A stretch of 64,000 bases of DNA. It comes from Lytechinus pictus. Taxonomy: Eukaryota. The notes below the pieces were generated by a model, which worked only from the letters and a program-made list of their open reading frames with translations, was not told the origin of the DNA and made no database searches. Both the position numbers and the translations under genes were made by a program. Shown one piece after another: positions 35,638 through 49,835 of the stretch. The stretch spans positions 19,344,001-19,408,000 of the forward strand of contig NC_087252.1 of NCBI RefSeq assembly GCF_037042905.1, read 5' to 3'. Position 1 is the first letter of the stretch, and each line of letters starts with the position of its first letter.

Positions 35638-36696
35638 CCCGGGGGGCCACTTACATTGACGAATGGATACCATGCGCGACCAAAAAAAAACACGTAAAAA
35701 GGATGTCTTTTTCAAGATAGGGCACGTTACGTACGTAACGTGTGAACGTGTTAAGGGTGTCAAAAACACAAAAATAATGAAAAAAGGGTATCTATTTCAC
35801 TAGGAAAGCTACGTGCTTAAGGTCAAATTTGCGGGGATGATAAAACAAAATTAAAATGTTTTATAAAGGATATGCTTTTTAGTAAATTAAGAGGCTTTTA
35901 TAGGAGGAAATTATAATTTGTTAACAAATTTCGGCATTACTCCTATTTGTTTAAGATCAGTATGCTCGATCTGTAATGAAAATCATAAGATCAGTATGCT
36001 CGATCTGTAAATGGAAATCAGAAGATCATAAGTCAGAAAAAATTGGAATCAGTGGGATTCGAACCTGCCATCTACTGCTTTCCGGGCAGCGACTCAACCA
36101 CCAGGCTATTCTGGTTCACGGCTAAGCCACGAAGAACTGGAATTCAAATACCATCGATCCTCTTCTTTCTGACTCATTAATATTCAAATGCCGTCCGCCG
36201 TGGACAATAGATAGTAAATTAAGAGGCTTTTTATAGGAGGAAATTATAATTTGTTAACAAATTTCGACATTACTCCTATTTGTTTAAGATCAGTATGCTC
36301 GATCTGTAATGAAAATCATAAGATCATAAGTCAGAAAAAAATGGAATCAGTGGGATATCCTTTTTGCCCCAACACTACGTGTGTATAGAGTCCATGCAAT
36401 TTGCGCGAGGTGTGGAAGGTGGGGCCGTACTAAACCAAATGGTGTGTAAAGGTAAATCCGACGACCGACGGACCCGTGACATAACAATAAAATATCGCTG
36501 TACTTGTTTAGGGGCTCATTTCAGGGAATAGAGTATCGTTTTGGTTCCAATACTTATTAGGGGGAGGGTTTCAGACGCCAATACTTGTTAAGGGGTGCAT
36601 TTTCAGAATATGGAAAATACGTGTTTAGGGTGCTTTTCGAGACCCCATGGTCGCGCATGGTATCCATTCGTCAATGGAAGTGGCCCCCCCCCCGGG
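35638..36696. mobile_element. MITE with CCCGGGGGG ends and 8-bp TSD
   Basis: TIR of about 45 bp (GGCCACTT.CATTGACGAATGGATACCATGCGCGACCA); TSD AATCTAAC at 35630-35637 and 36697-36704. Confidence 0.85.
35881..36352 (-). mobile_element. Partial-tandem (about 1.5-mer) insertion containing a degenerate tRNA-like sequence (36045-36117)
   Basis: 35881-36056 is repeated at 36213-36356. A-box TAGCCTGGTGG, B-box GGTTCGAATCC, T6 run. Flanked by GGATAT(G/C)CTTTTT. Confidence 0.7.
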
Positions 36697-39600
36697 AATC
36701 TAACCTCAACCCCGGGCCTCAACCAATATTTTTTCTCTAATCTTCTCTGCTTTCAGTACTAAAACCATTTTATCCCCAGGATCAGTGGCGTACGTACAGT
36801 TGAGGGGCTTCTCCCCCGCCCCTATTTTTTCACGACCAAGAAAAAAGAGAGAAGGGTGAAATATATTATTTAATGTGTCAAAATCTATCACAAAATTTGA
36901 TATTTTGTATTTGAAAAATTTAATGCCAAAATTTGAAGTTTGCTTCGCTCGATCGTAACTTTTTATAAATTTTGCCCAATTTATGCGCCATGCATAATTA
37001 TATCTGCCCCCTCAAAATGATTTCCTCATTACGCCACTGATGCTCCGGGCTGAAAATGATATGATTTGAACAGATAAAGAAAATTCAGACAAACAAAACA
37101 CCGAAAATTTTATCAAAATTGGTAAAGGAATATAACAGCATTTTGGCATTTTAAACATTTGCATTATCCCCGGTGAAACAGTTCTAGGCATGTCTTTATG
37201 AATATCCATTAATCATATCCCCACTTGTTCTTTCGTATTTCATTATATGAAATTTAGATATTATTTAAAAAAATTCTACCAAGAACTTAACAAATTGGAT
37301 TGACAACTGATCCACTGCATTAGATATTCATATCGCTGCAACTTATTTCATTATAGGTCGAGGAGACACATTATTCACGCATGTATGAAAAAATGAAAAA
37401 TGAAACAATTGTGATTTAATGTAATAACATATAAGAAAAAGGAAAGTGGGGATGTGACATCAACAGCCCACCTAATGAATATTCATGATGACGTGCATCT
37501 GTTTTCACAAAATAATGCTAAACTTTAAAATTCAATAATTTCGTTATTTTGTTATCCGATTTTGATGAAATATTCAGCATTTTTATATTTTTTCCCCCCT
37601 TCCACAGGGTTCTTTATTTTCGAAAAGCATAGTTACATTGTATAAACATTTACAATTTTTACAAATTTACAATATTCAGCATTTTGCTCTGTGAATTTTA
37701 CTCTATTTATAATTTAGATATAATTATTTTCAGCCCGGAGTACCCCTTTAAGCGAGATCTTCCTCAAAACGTTGTGAGCCCCGGGAATGGTAGCCAAGCC
37801 TATTAGCTGGTGTAGTATCGGAGCGCATCAGCACCTTCATGGTGGATATACGTACGCTATACAAATATTCTATATTATATTTCATCAGTGTATCTTTCGT
37901 GGCATACTGAGGCTGTCATATGAGGAGTTCTGAGTCGTGGCTAAATCTTGAATAACATGGAATTATGTATACGAGAACGGCGGTGAGCAAATGATCGCAG
38001 CATTCCACTGGACACCAGATCCATGACGCATATTACAGTATGGCGGTAAGGAACGTTGTTTATGTGCCATCACTATAGATTCGTATATTCTTATCTTAAC
38101 ATATAGGCCCTATCACTAAACATGTAATTATAATCATTATTATGATTTATGCTTTCGGTATTAGAAGTAGTATTAGTTGTAGTATGTAGTGGGAGAATGG
38201 GAGAAAGGCCAGGGCTTTCGTTTGCGCGGGGTCTTCGATCGATGGCTATTATATGGAATTCCCTACAAATGATAGCCACAGACTGTCCTTGCATTTAAGA
38301 TAAAACCAAACAAACTTATGTGTATAATTCTTTTCATTGCAATGATTTGGGTTTATTTTGTTTGCTCCCCTTCACTTGTGCGATTTGAGCATCTATAACG
38401 AGATGGATATGGCGCCTAGAAGTAGAAGTAGTAGTTAGTATTAATAGTATTAGAAGTAGTAGTAGTAGTACCATTATTGTTATCATGATTATTATTATTA
38501 TTATGAAAATTACTCTCTGGAATCATCTTTCCATATCCGTCAGTCTACTTGTCTTTAATCCTTTAAGTCTCCCCTGAAAACACGTTTCTTTATATCCTTA
38601 TTTATTAAGACAGTGTTAATAGTAATTCTGTGAGATATCTCTTATACTTATTTTTCTCCTTTATCATTGTTAATTTAAATTTACATACTATACAATTTAC
38701 GTGTTCACTATTTTGTGTTTATCATTTTGTGTTAATCTAATTGTAGACAGCTTGTAAAAATCGTTATCATTGTTTTGATTTAATGCCATTATAAAAACAA
38801 AATCACCACTATTACATTGTAATTGAAACTGTTAATGTTCGTAACTATTATTATTATCATAATAATATTATTATTATAATTATTAATATCACTATTATTA
38901 TCATTCTTATTATTATTGTTATTATTAACATTTTATTACCATTATCATCATCGTCATCATCATCATCATCTTCATTGTTATTATCATTTTCAACGGTATG
39001 AAAACCAAAATCCTAACAATTTTCTGATATTTAGGTGCACTAGAAACTTAAATTACCAATCCACTTACAAATGATAAGATATAGGCCTATTTTAGATCCA
39101 CTGCGGGGGGGGGGTAAAATAAAAAAAGACTGCACCAATTGGATCCGTTATTATTGTTACCAAACTTCTAAACTATAGAACGTGAATATTCTTTGAAAAA
39201 AAAATATAGAGAAATCTAAAAAGGGTGTCTAGAATTAGAATTAGCAAAACATATCAAGGAATATCACACAAGGAAGATATATACATGTACATGTAGGCCT
39301 ACAATAAAAGGTTAATCTGAGCCAGCGTACATGTCTATGACTTAATTATCTATAGCTTAGTCATTTATTCAAGCAGTCACGTTTTTGCCCTTGTTAAACA
39401 TCCCGAGTAAATAAAGAAAAAGATGCATTATCAGAGTAAAATGAAAGATGAACTGCGTATTGTTGAACAATCGGTATCCCATGATTCCTGCAGCCCCTCA
39501 GACAGCTAGGGTCTTGAAATAAAATAAAGAGAAATTATGGTGATTAACATGCAAAAAAGTTATGAATGTAAAAAGGAGTGGATTATTTCATTTTTATATA

Positions 39601-41094
39601 AAGAAACAAGAAATGGATGGAGATTTTTATCTATTGCAGCGCATACAAGACAGTACTTGATTGAAAAAGAAATAAATTACACACAGAAACACCCATATCT
39701 ATATTAAGAGTATTGGACGAATTTGAAATTTCCCAAACCCTTACTAGTCGCTATAGATTTATAAGAAGAAACGTATCGTACTACACGAATGCAAATACTT
39801 TCATCATTATATTAAAAATGTATGATTCGATTCTGTTTGGACTGTACGAATTGCTTCAAACGAAAGGGTCTAGGCATGAAAACTATCACATACCAGTCAC
39901 GTGACGTACCTTGCAGTTGTAGAGCGAAATAGCAATCGGAAACTGATCCCACGTGACCTTTGAACTTGACCCGGCCTGGGAATATCCCCAGGGAAAACGC
40001 AGGCGTTATTGTCTCGAAAAATTGTGTACATGTAGTTTATCAAAAAAATACTAAATCTGTGTATCCCAAATTTATGGAAATGAATTTAATTTTCATGAAC
40101 CAGTCCATCAAGTGCGAGCAAATCGACAATTATAGATATGCACCACAGGGGCGGATCCAGGATTTTCCAAGGGGGGCACATTTTCTCGAAAAAAAAATTG
40201 ACAAGCCCAAAAAAAAAAAAAAAAAAAAATGCTTTCACTAAAAATTGAAAGTCATTTCGTCCGCGTAAACTTTGAAAAGCAAGCAAGCAATCAATCAAAA
40301 TGAGAAGAAAAAGGGGACCTTACTTGTGTGTGTGTGTGCGAAGGAGATATTCCCAATTATGAATATATCCTGGTTATTTCAAAGGGCGGCACACTTATTT
40401 CAAAGGGCGGCACACTTATGCAAGAACGGCATATTTACATTACATTTTTTTATTATGGCTCTCAAGGGGCCGGGACACGAGCCGGATGTGCCCCCTCCCC
40501 CCGGATCCGCCAAAGATACACCATGATCTTTGCAATGCTATGCTCGTAAAAATACACGTTCCCTCCCCAGGGGGGGGGGGGCAGTCAAATATATTGCTGT
40601 ACACATGTGTGACAAAAAAAACGCGTTTTAAAGGGACCTCTTTCAGTTTTGGACGCGGGCCGCGCGTGCTCTCGTTAAGGGTATCAAAAATACCGATTAT
40701 TAAGAATAAGGTGGTTTTGAAAGACTGGTCAATGGTCAATCGCGTGGTTAAACGTATTTAGGGTATTTTTTTCCAAAGCTTTTTTTTAGGGGTCATATTC
40801 TCGGCGACAACTTATTTATTGGCCAAAATGTGTAAATGAAGCCAGCGGAAAACTTGTTTAGGGGTCATATTGCACACAGAAAAAAACTCGTTTAGGGGGT
40901 GTTTAGAAATAATTTCAAATTGGTCACGCATAATTATGTACAGCAATACATTTGACTCCCCCCCCCCCCCGCTCTTCCCTCTCACGAAACTGAATAAAAT
41001 AATGAGCCTTGACTTGAAATTGCTACGGTTTAATAGAATATTATACAGATATTACCTACTTAGAGTTTGAATATAACATTTATTATACGCGATG

Positions 41095-42090
41095 GTATTG
41101 GTCATTTTTGGGACCAAAAATTGGCCAAAATGAACATAAGCTTTTAAATAGGGTCATTACGAGTGATATTTTTTGAATCAGCATAAGATTCTACACAAGA
41201 TAGACCTTTAAGTGCATTCCCATTTTATAAGGGAAGAAGATCAAACACGCTGAAGACCTCAAATTCCTACCTATTTGCACAGTTTATTATATTATGCAAA
41301 TCTGTGCGAATGGTCAGTTATGTCTAAAGTACCCAAAATGACCCTCATATGTCAAAACTGGTGGAATGAGTTCCATGAGGTCAAAATACTTTTGAGATGT
41401 TCAATCTGAAGGATTGATACACCAATTTTAGGTGTCACAGCACACCCTTGTAACGATTCTGATATCTTAGAAGTATTTTTGCATAAATTGAACTGATGTT
41501 AGTGGTCATTTTGAGGGCCATAAGTGGTCATAATGACCATAAGCTGTTAAAAACCGATATATTTGGAAACGGCATAAAATTCTACACAAGATAGACTTTT
41601 AAATACATATCGATTTTATAATGGAAGAAGATAAAATACGGCGCTGAAGACCTCAAATTACTGCCTTTTTGTACAGTTTATTATGCAAACTGCGCGAAAG
41701 GTCAGTTATGTCTAATAAAAGTACCCAAACTAACCCTCATAGGTCAAAACTGACGGAATAAATTACATGAGGTTGATTGTTATGATTCAGCGCACATTTT
41801 GAAAATAAATGTGGATTTCTAAAGACATCCAATCGTAGTTCTGATCAATATTTCTGACAAAAAATTCATGAAAATTGTAATTTTCGGGCCAAACATGGCC
41901 AAAATGACCACTTTTATTGTGATTTGGCAAATGAAACTACTTTATCTGGAATCTGGGTGCATTTCTACATAGGATAGACCCTTTTAATTGGATGTGGTTA
42001 CAAAAGCATTCTGTTAAGGGACCATTTTCCAAAGAGTGGTCGAAATTGTCATTTTTGGTCAAAAATTGGCCGAAGTGGCCAAAATGGCGT
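41095..42090. repeat. Interspersed repeat with internal duplication of about 400 bp
   Basis: ATTCTACACAAGATAGAC...GCTGAAGACCTCAAATT...GGTCAGTTATGTCTAA at about 41188 and 41579, with a partial third unit near 41960. Confidence 0.7.
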
Positions 42091-42261
42091 GAGGACGGTC
42101 AAAAAGAGTGACATTTTTTAAATCAGCACACAAATTTACCCCGGATAAGCGGTCAAACCTTTCCAACCAAAAATTCTGAATAAAGCCTCTATCTCCTACA
42201 CTATACATATGTGCTACAGTTATACTTTTAACTTTATTTTTTCTCATGCATTGTTTGACAG

Positions 42262-42426
42262 ATGGACAATCAGCCCTACAAGAAACATCGCATTTTTTTC
42301 ATATTGTTGTGTCTTGCATTGATAACCTGTTTACTAGTTTACACCAAGGTAAATTCAAAATGGAAGGTACCGGCTCCGGAAAAGATGTCATCTGGAAACT
42401 CAAGAAATATCCATCCAAGTCCGAAA
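42262..42426 (+). CDS. NXPE-family protein coding exon 1 (signal anchor MDNQPYKKHRIFFILLCLALITCLLVY...)
   Basis: ATG just after an acceptor, basic + hydrophobic type II anchor, phase-0 GTAAGT donor at 42427 (alternative donor at 42349). Confidence 0.65.
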
Positions 42427-42477
42427 GTAAGTTCTCGACAGCTAATAGATCCACGTCAAATTGATAGCATCTGATAC

Positions 42478-42868
42478 CATAACGTACCGAAGTGTGACCT
42501 CATCAATTTGAGCTTTTTGCATATCGGCGTTTTTTATACCATATTTTGGTAGAGCATGATGAAAAACCCCCACAACCCAAATTTGGTGGGAAATCGGTTC
42601 AAGGGCCCCAGTATATGACCTCATGAATACATAATTAGCCCCATAGATCGATGTATTATTATCCTAACATTTAGAACCAGGCCAGTAATACACTGACTAG
42701 AATGGGGCTAATTATGTATTCATGAAGTCATATCTAAGGCCCCCATGGACCGATTCCCACCAAATTTTGGTAGTGGGTTTTTTTTTATCATGCTCTACCG
42801 AAATGTGGTATCAAAAACAATGAAATGCAAAAAAAAAGTTTTGTGAAGTCATCACTTCGGTACTCTAT
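42478..42868. mobile_element. Palindromic MITE in NXPE intron 1
   Basis: GTACCGAAGTG...CACTTCGGTAC; arms CATGAATACATAATTAGCCCCA / TGGGGCTAATTATGTATTCATG. Confidence 0.75.
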
Positions 42869-43507
42869 TTCATGCAGTAAAATGAAGGAATTTCCAGCAG
42901 GGGAGGCATTGATGGGGGAGGGGGGTGCAGGTAGGCGTTGACCGTCGTCTAAGCTTATGTCAAGTTATGGTAAAGGGGAAACGATTCGACTTGATTTCAT
43001 TTCCACATTTCCACAAAAGTACCAGGTGTAAAAATTGTCCACCTATTGATAAGCAAACATCATAAACAAGCATAGCATTATTCTAAATTAAAGTAAAAAA
43101 AAAACACTTGGATTTTTATTTCTTGAATGATATACATAATCCCTTAATATTGGCATCCGAGGAGTTGAATCATGGCCTTGTCGTTGGCCTCAGCAAAGGT
43201 CCTTGGACGAAGTGGACGAAACAAGAAAAATATTTTAGAATAAGGAAGTAACCATAAGTCAATAGAACTAACCGTTTTCTTTATGGAAAACCATTTGTAG
43301 TGTTGGGATCCTGTAGCCTAAGCCTTGTCCTTGAGGACAATGGTGTAGCCCTAGCCTTGGTGTTATACTCTTAGACATCTCTTTGACCTTGAAGGTCCGA
43401 TGTCCTTGACTTTTGGTTTTTGGCCTTTGACTAGGTTCTCCGGCCTTGTGCACCATACTGGATTTGATGTTGGTTTGTTAATTCTTCTTGATTTTCTTTC
43501 GTTCTAG

Positions 43508-44002
43508 ACTCTTGTAGGTATATCCACCACTCCAATAGTAACAACTTTTGCAGAAAACGCAAAGATAACCAAGAAGGGTCTCTCACCTACGAGCAATGTA
43601 TTTTCAACGGCTGAAGTCATCAACGCAAAGACATCCTATCAGGTCAACGATTCTTTACAACTCCGCATTACTGCAAGGGATATCAACAACGTCACCAAGA
43701 GCCATGGAGGTGATTACTTCCGGGTCAAGCTGTACACCGCCGAAACACAATCATCCTTGAGCATTGACGTCACAAGGGACCTTGGAAATGGTACCTATAC
43801 TGCTGATGTGACTTTACGATGGCCTGGGATGGTAGATATAATAGTGACGTTGGTTCATCCTAGCGAGACTGTCAAGGTTCTTCAAAGGATTCGGGATATA
43901 TATCCAGGGAGGATGATCTTCAAGGGGCGATATCTTCGAACACTTGACTCAGGGATCGATGTCTTTGAAGATAAAATGTGCTTACCAAGGGTTATTCGCA
44001 AT
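43508..44002 (+). CDS. NXPE-family exon 2 (neurexophilin/Ig-like domain)
   Basis: ITARD....KSHGGDYFRV...DLGNGTY....L.WPG...I.VTLVHPSE; TAG acceptor, GTAAGT donor. Confidence 0.9.
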
Positions 44003-44516
44003 GTAAGTATTGCTGGGACCTATCGATTCATACGCCGATGTTATTTACACCCAACTCCTTTGAATAAATTATTTAACATCAAATGAATTGAGTATCATTA
44101 TCATGGAATAATTGGATGGCAAGGTTGAGTTGACAAAAACTAACCATAATATTATTATGATTATTACAATAATAAGTGACATTATGGTATTACGGTTATT
44201 ATTCTGGTATACCTTTTAGGGAATTGTGCCTTCTTCTGTTAAAAAATCTATTATGTATATTAATAATCTTTTATGACAAATTAATAATTGTATGACTTAT
44301 ATTGAAAATTACATTTTGTGAAAATTGAAGAAAATAAATGATTATTATTTTGAATAATAACCAAAATTACTACCATAATAATAAGCCTTTGTAACTTATA
44401 AACAGCTTGATCCTGGTTTGTATTGAGGCCTGGTATTCGGAAATGAAGAGTTGAGAGTTTAGTTTACCCATGCCGTTTAAAAGAGTGATTTGTTTTATTA
44501 AACTTGGACCTCACAG

Positions 44517-44689
44517 GAAACTCTCTGTAACTTTACTGACGAAAGAACAGGCTACCCTTGGTTTTGCATAGCGCCCTCTAATAGAAACCTGACCTGCAAT
44601 GACTGGAAGTCATACGTTGTAGATCCAAGGCTATGTGAGAAATATGCAATGGAAGTCGTTACCAAGGCTGAATTCAAAATGTTAAAGAT
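44517..44689 (+). CDS. NXPE-family exon 3 (LCNFTDERTGYPWFCIAP...LTC)
   Basis: Conserved NXPE C.FTD..TG.PWFC..P motif; CAG/GTAAGT boundaries. Confidence 0.9.
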
Positions 44690-45089
44690 GTAAGTTAATA
44701 AATATGCTTCAATTTAGTCATAGACCTTCGCCTCGCAAAGATAGTGGGATAGGGATTCGTTATGTTACTTTCCAATTTTCGATTTAGTATTTAAACGATT
44801 TATTTAGTTCCATCCCTAGAGTAAATGTTAATTTTTGCTGCAAAATGACATATATTTCAGACGTAAAAAGTTGCCAACCATGAAAATCAGTTATCAGATC
44901 TGTTTAGTTCAATTGATTGTGTATTTGTTTATTTAATAGAATGCACCATCATCACTATTTTATTATCCTTTTAAATATCTGAATTATATTTATAGTCATG
45001 GTAAAATATATCCCTTCATGATTCTTATGTTTAAAAATGATTTCGGTTGTTAATGATTCATGGGAAATATTTCTTTTATTGGATTTCAG

Positions 45090-45148
45090 ACACAAGTTGC
45101 CTATCAAAGAATCACCGTCTCCTCTCAAAGTTATTGGAGACCATGACA
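45090..45148 (+). CDS. NXPE-family exon 4 (linker)
   Basis: TTTCAG acceptor, GTGAGT donor; phase 2 to 1 restores the frame between exons 3 and 5. Confidence 0.8.
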
Positions 45149-45274
45149 GTGAGTGTAGTAATATCATAGTACAATCATGACAAACAAAGAAGCAGAAAAC
45201 ATACAGATGTTCATTCGCCTTCAAAAAGTATACTTTTTAACTATATCGCCAAAAATGATATACATGTGGTTCCA

Positions 45275-45500
45275 AAAAAGTAGAAGTAGTAATAGTAGTA
45301 GTAGTAGTATAAATAGTAGTAGCAGTATAGAAGTAGTAATACAAAGAGTAGAAATTGTAATAGTAGTAAAAGTAGTAGAAGTAGTAGAAGAAGTAGAAGT
45401 AGTAATAGTAGTAGTAGTAGTATAGTAGTAGTAGTGTAGTAGTAGCAGCAATAGTAGTAGCAACAGTAGTATGCAGTTGTAAAAGAAGTAGTAATAGTAT
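45275..45500. repeat. (AGT)n-rich microsatellite
   Basis: Degenerate AGTAGTAGT run. Confidence 0.9.
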
Positions 45501-45980
45501 ATAAGTGGTAGGGGCGGCTCCAGAATATTTTTATAGGGGGTGCAAAACGACATAGATGTGACGTCACGTTTTTCTCAATTGAATTATAGGGCATATACTA
45601 TATAGATTTACGCAAGCCTTGCGGCAACACAGGTCTCTTCTTTCTTCACTTTCCATTCGGTCCCACCCCCCCCCCTCTCCTGTTCTCCTTTTCTTTTCTT
45701 TTTTCCTCATTTGTTTTCCAATACTTAAAATATCATTTTAAGGAGCGTGTCCCCCTAGCTCCTACCTTATAACATTGTCAAGACTTCCACTTCCGCCTCC
45801 TCCTATAAACATAGCTTATATATTTATTTTCTTTATGATAAACTAATTTTGGGTGAATGATTATGAATTTATGATCTTGTATGAGATTATTTTTCACAAA
45901 CATGAAGAAATTTGTGACATGGGAGAAATAAATGTTTATAACTTGTTAACGTTTTTTCCATGGTTCTTTAAACACTACAG

Positions 45981-46801
45981 GTTGGAAGAAGAGCGTCTTT
46001 GCCTATCAAGATTCCTTACCATCCTGTAAACCAGGACAACATCTACACAACCCTACTCCTTCAGGCTTCTACGCTAAGAACATCTGGTTCTCAGATCAAT
46101 GCAAATTCCGTCGATTTACCAAACCCGATGTCTTACAATGCCTGCAGAACAGAGCAGTTCATATTTTTGGTGACTCCACTTCCAGGCAAATGTACTTGGA
46201 GTTTGTCAAGAAGTACAATTCCGAGATAAAGCAAGAACAGATAAAAGCGGATTTCACTGAGAATGCTGTTGGTCCAACACACGCTAAGAGCTCTAAGTTT
46301 AATATTTCTATACATTTCAAGTTTCACGGATCTCCCGTCCGCCAATCTAAGTTTATACGCAAGGAAGCAATCAGTTACATTGCCAATGACTTAGACGATC
46401 TCACTGTAGACTCAAGAACAGTCGTATTGATCTGCATTGGAACACACTTCACGACGTATCCATTAGCGATGTACGAAGAGAGGATAAGAGGCATCAAAGC
46501 GGCTGTTCAAAGACTACACAAAAGAAGTCCTCATACACTGGTGATTTTTAAGAGTGCAAATACCAGGAATTACAAGAAGATCCTCTATCAGATGGAGAAT
46601 AGTGAGTGGTATGTTAGATCATTGGACCGGACGATGAGGGCGGTCTTGCAGGATTGTCCAGAAATTGGCATTATCGACGCTTGGGATATGACCATCGCTC
46701 AGAATTTTAAAGACGCGATCCATCCCAGTGATGCGGTACTTGCAAACATTATGAACAATTTCTTATCTTACATCTGTCCAGAAGCACCAAATTCATCATG
46801 A
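45981..46801 (+). CDS. NXPE-family exon 5 (PC-esterase/SGNH domain)
   Basis: PSGFY...W, CL....HIFGDSTSRQ, HGSP, GTHF, KSANT, DAWDMT, DAIHP. Confidence 0.93.
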
Positions 46802-47785
46802 GTCTACGCCGATTTCTTTCTCTTTTTTTATTTGAAGGTGGTTGCTATGGGTTACGCAACTATATACCTTAATGTTATGTCTTAATAATGCCTTATCACA
46901 CATTTTGCCCCATACGTGTTGGGTTACTGTAGAATGCCCCCTTCTCCGGTAGGACTACTGTCTTAGACCCAGGTACTGCCTTAATGTACAAACCAGTTTG
47001 AGATGGTCCAGAGACGAGCAGCATCATTATTCTCAATCGTTATCATCATACATCTAGCATACTGCATTGGTAAACACGGCTGGACCTCTCTCTGGGACTG
47101 CCAAATGCTGTCCTGGATCACCTACTTGGATCTTGGATGGACCCCTTTCCAGGATTGTTGACTGCCCTCTTGGAACTTAATGGACTGCTCTCCAGGGTTG
47201 TTAAATGTCCACTTGGAAGTCTTGGAACTTGTATGGACTTTTCTCGGATTGTCGAGAGCCCTCCTAAAAAAGCTGTTTGGAATGTGGATGGATTTTGATC
47301 AAAGGATGTCGAACGCCCTTTTGGAAGAACTTCTTGGATTCTGGATTGACCTCAGTACTGCTTTCCATTATTATCGAACACCCTTGTGGAACATGTGGAA
47401 GGAACGCTCATCCACCGCTAATTAAAGCGGTTCACGGGACACAGCTGTTTGCTAAGCACTCCATTATCTGATTATAGAATTTGGTCGAATCTCTTTCAAT
47501 GTGTAACAACATTTGATAATTTATTTTGAATCGTGTTTGCCTTACAAAGCAATGCGCGCCCTGTTACGATCCATTATAAAGAAATTGACAAAAGTCTGTA
47601 ATAGAGCCCTGATTGCATCTTATACAGTAAAACAAAATAGCACGCTGTTTAAGCTTCAAGAATACAAAAAAAATGTATTGACAATGCTCGTCAAATATCT
47701 ACAATTGGCTTAGGGTCTTTGTCGATAATTAGTGAACTGGAAGAGCAGTTTCGTCCTCAGTTTCCGAGCTGACGAAAAAATTGCA

Positions 47786-48021
47786 CACTGCAAAAAGTCC
47801 GGTGTTAATTTAACACCAGCCCGGAATCTATATACCAGAGAAGTACTGAAACAACATCAGTTTGGAATCAAACCGATGCTGTTTTAATACTAATTTGTGT
47901 TGTATAAACACCTATCTGGTGTTAGACTAATACCAAAACCGCTGTTGTTTAACACTTCTCTGGTGTGGACATATATAGATTCCGGGCTGGTGTTATAATC
48001 AACACCGGAGTTTTTGCAGTG
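47786..48021. mobile_element. Palindromic MITE (related copy begins at about 48267)
   Basis: CACTGCAAAAA.TCCGGTGTT...AACACCGGAGTTTTTGCAGTG. Confidence 0.8.
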
Positions 48022-48458
48022 CAACTATGTCATTTGCCCAGATTGACCAATTTTAAACAATGACTTCTTGGTTGTGCCTTGTCATGAAGTGCATTTGATA
48101 CAATATTTCCTATGTTCTTGAATCTGTCGTTCGTCTTAGAGCTAAAACTCTCTCTTGATATATCCATGGCGGTATTGAGTGCTCTACTTGAGTAAGTGAA
48201 CGATGATAGGGAGGCGGAATCGGTGAGTTTATGAAGACTGTATATACAATTGTTTTTCGTTAGGTACACTGAAAAAACGGGTGTTGATTTAATCCATATC
48301 AGAACCCACCAGAGAAGCGTTGAAACAACACCATTTTGAAATCAACCGATATTGGTTTAACACTAATTTGTGCTGCTTAAATGCCAAATTGGTGTATGAC
48401 CTAACGCCAAAACCGGTGTTGTTTCAACACCTCTCTGGTGTGGACCGATATAGATATA

Positions 48459-49835
48459 CAGTGCGTATAAAAAATACGGGACAGTTTTGAAAAGTCTATC
48501 AAAATTTAGTTTCAAATTTTGATGTCTATATTTTGATGTAATAGATGCTCTGAAGTCTTATCTTTCAAATGTCGTTAAAAAATAAGTTTCGTTCATGCTT
48601 GAGCGCACACGGAACGTTTTTGTCGGGGGTTCAAAAAAAGGCTTGCGCCAAATGACAGAAAATTAGAAAATATCGACAATGAGAGATCTTGCTTATCAGC
48701 AGACTTCCTCTATAGGTTTTCATTATCTTTGCCATAATTTTCGAATTATGCTTTCAAAATGTATTAACAAAGCATTAATTTACTTGAATCGTTTTGTTTT
48801 TTCATTAACTATTTTATCTTTTAGCATTTCTTCATAAGTAAGAAAATTTTTTTTTTGGTCAACTCAAGCAAGAATTAAAATTTGCATTATTAATAGGCGA
48901 GCTTGTAATTTATTAAAATCCTTTTATTATGTGAAACAAAGGTTATGGTGCCTTTGAAAGTCATGAATCCTATTGTCAAGGGGGCATTGAGTCCATGAAC
49001 AAGTTAAATTGTGTACTTGACATATGGTGCTGGGAAAAATTGTTGACAGGAGGTGCTGGATTACATTTGACACGAAAAAAAAAGTTTTCACCAATAAATT
49101 AAGCTCCTTTTGATGAAGAGAAACAAAATTAAGGTAATTTTTTGTTCAATATTCACTTTTTAACATACAGACATGTAGTCCAAACAGTTTTCCAGGGGAT
49201 GCATCGTATGATGAATAATACACGCATCACCCCAAGGAAAATCTTGGGGGTGCTTCACCCCCACTTCCCAGGGCCATGGTGCTTAGCAGGACAATATCAA
49301 TTCTTTCAGGAGAAGATTCAATTCCTTTGAATTCACCATAACATTTGTGGCACACAATGAGAGGATTTAAATAAATTACTAGCTCTCCGCATTGATGAAG
49401 CAAATCCCCTTTCTTGGGTTGACAATTGTTTGTTTTTAATAATGATCTGATAGGAATATTCAATGCTAAAAGATAACATAGTTAAATGAAAATACAAAAC
49501 AATTCAATTAAATTAATGCTTTGTGAATGTATTTTGAAAGCATAGTTAAAAAATTATGGCAAAGATAATGAAAAGCTTAAGAGGAAGTCTGCTGATTAGC
49601 AAGATCACTGATCGTCAATATTTTCGAATTTTCTGCCATTTGGCGCAAGCCTTTTTTTTTTTACCCCTGACAAAAACGTTCCGTGTGCGCTCAAGCATGA
49701 ACGAAACTTATTGTTTTTAATGGCATTTGAAAGATAAGACCTCAGAGCATCTATTGACATCAAAATATACAAATAATAGTTTGAAACAAATTTTTTATAG
49801 ACTTTTCAAAACTGTCCCGTTTTTTATACGCACTG
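48459..49835. mobile_element. Tc1/mariner-type non-autonomous element with long (about 330-bp) TIRs and TA TSD
   Basis: TA|CAGTGCGTATAAAAAA.ACGGGACAG...CTGTCCCGTTTTTTATACGCACTG|TA. Confidence 0.85.

Noticed and set aside
45177-45594. Poly-L/T/Y ORFs
   Set aside because: (AGT)n microsatellite in an NXPE intron.
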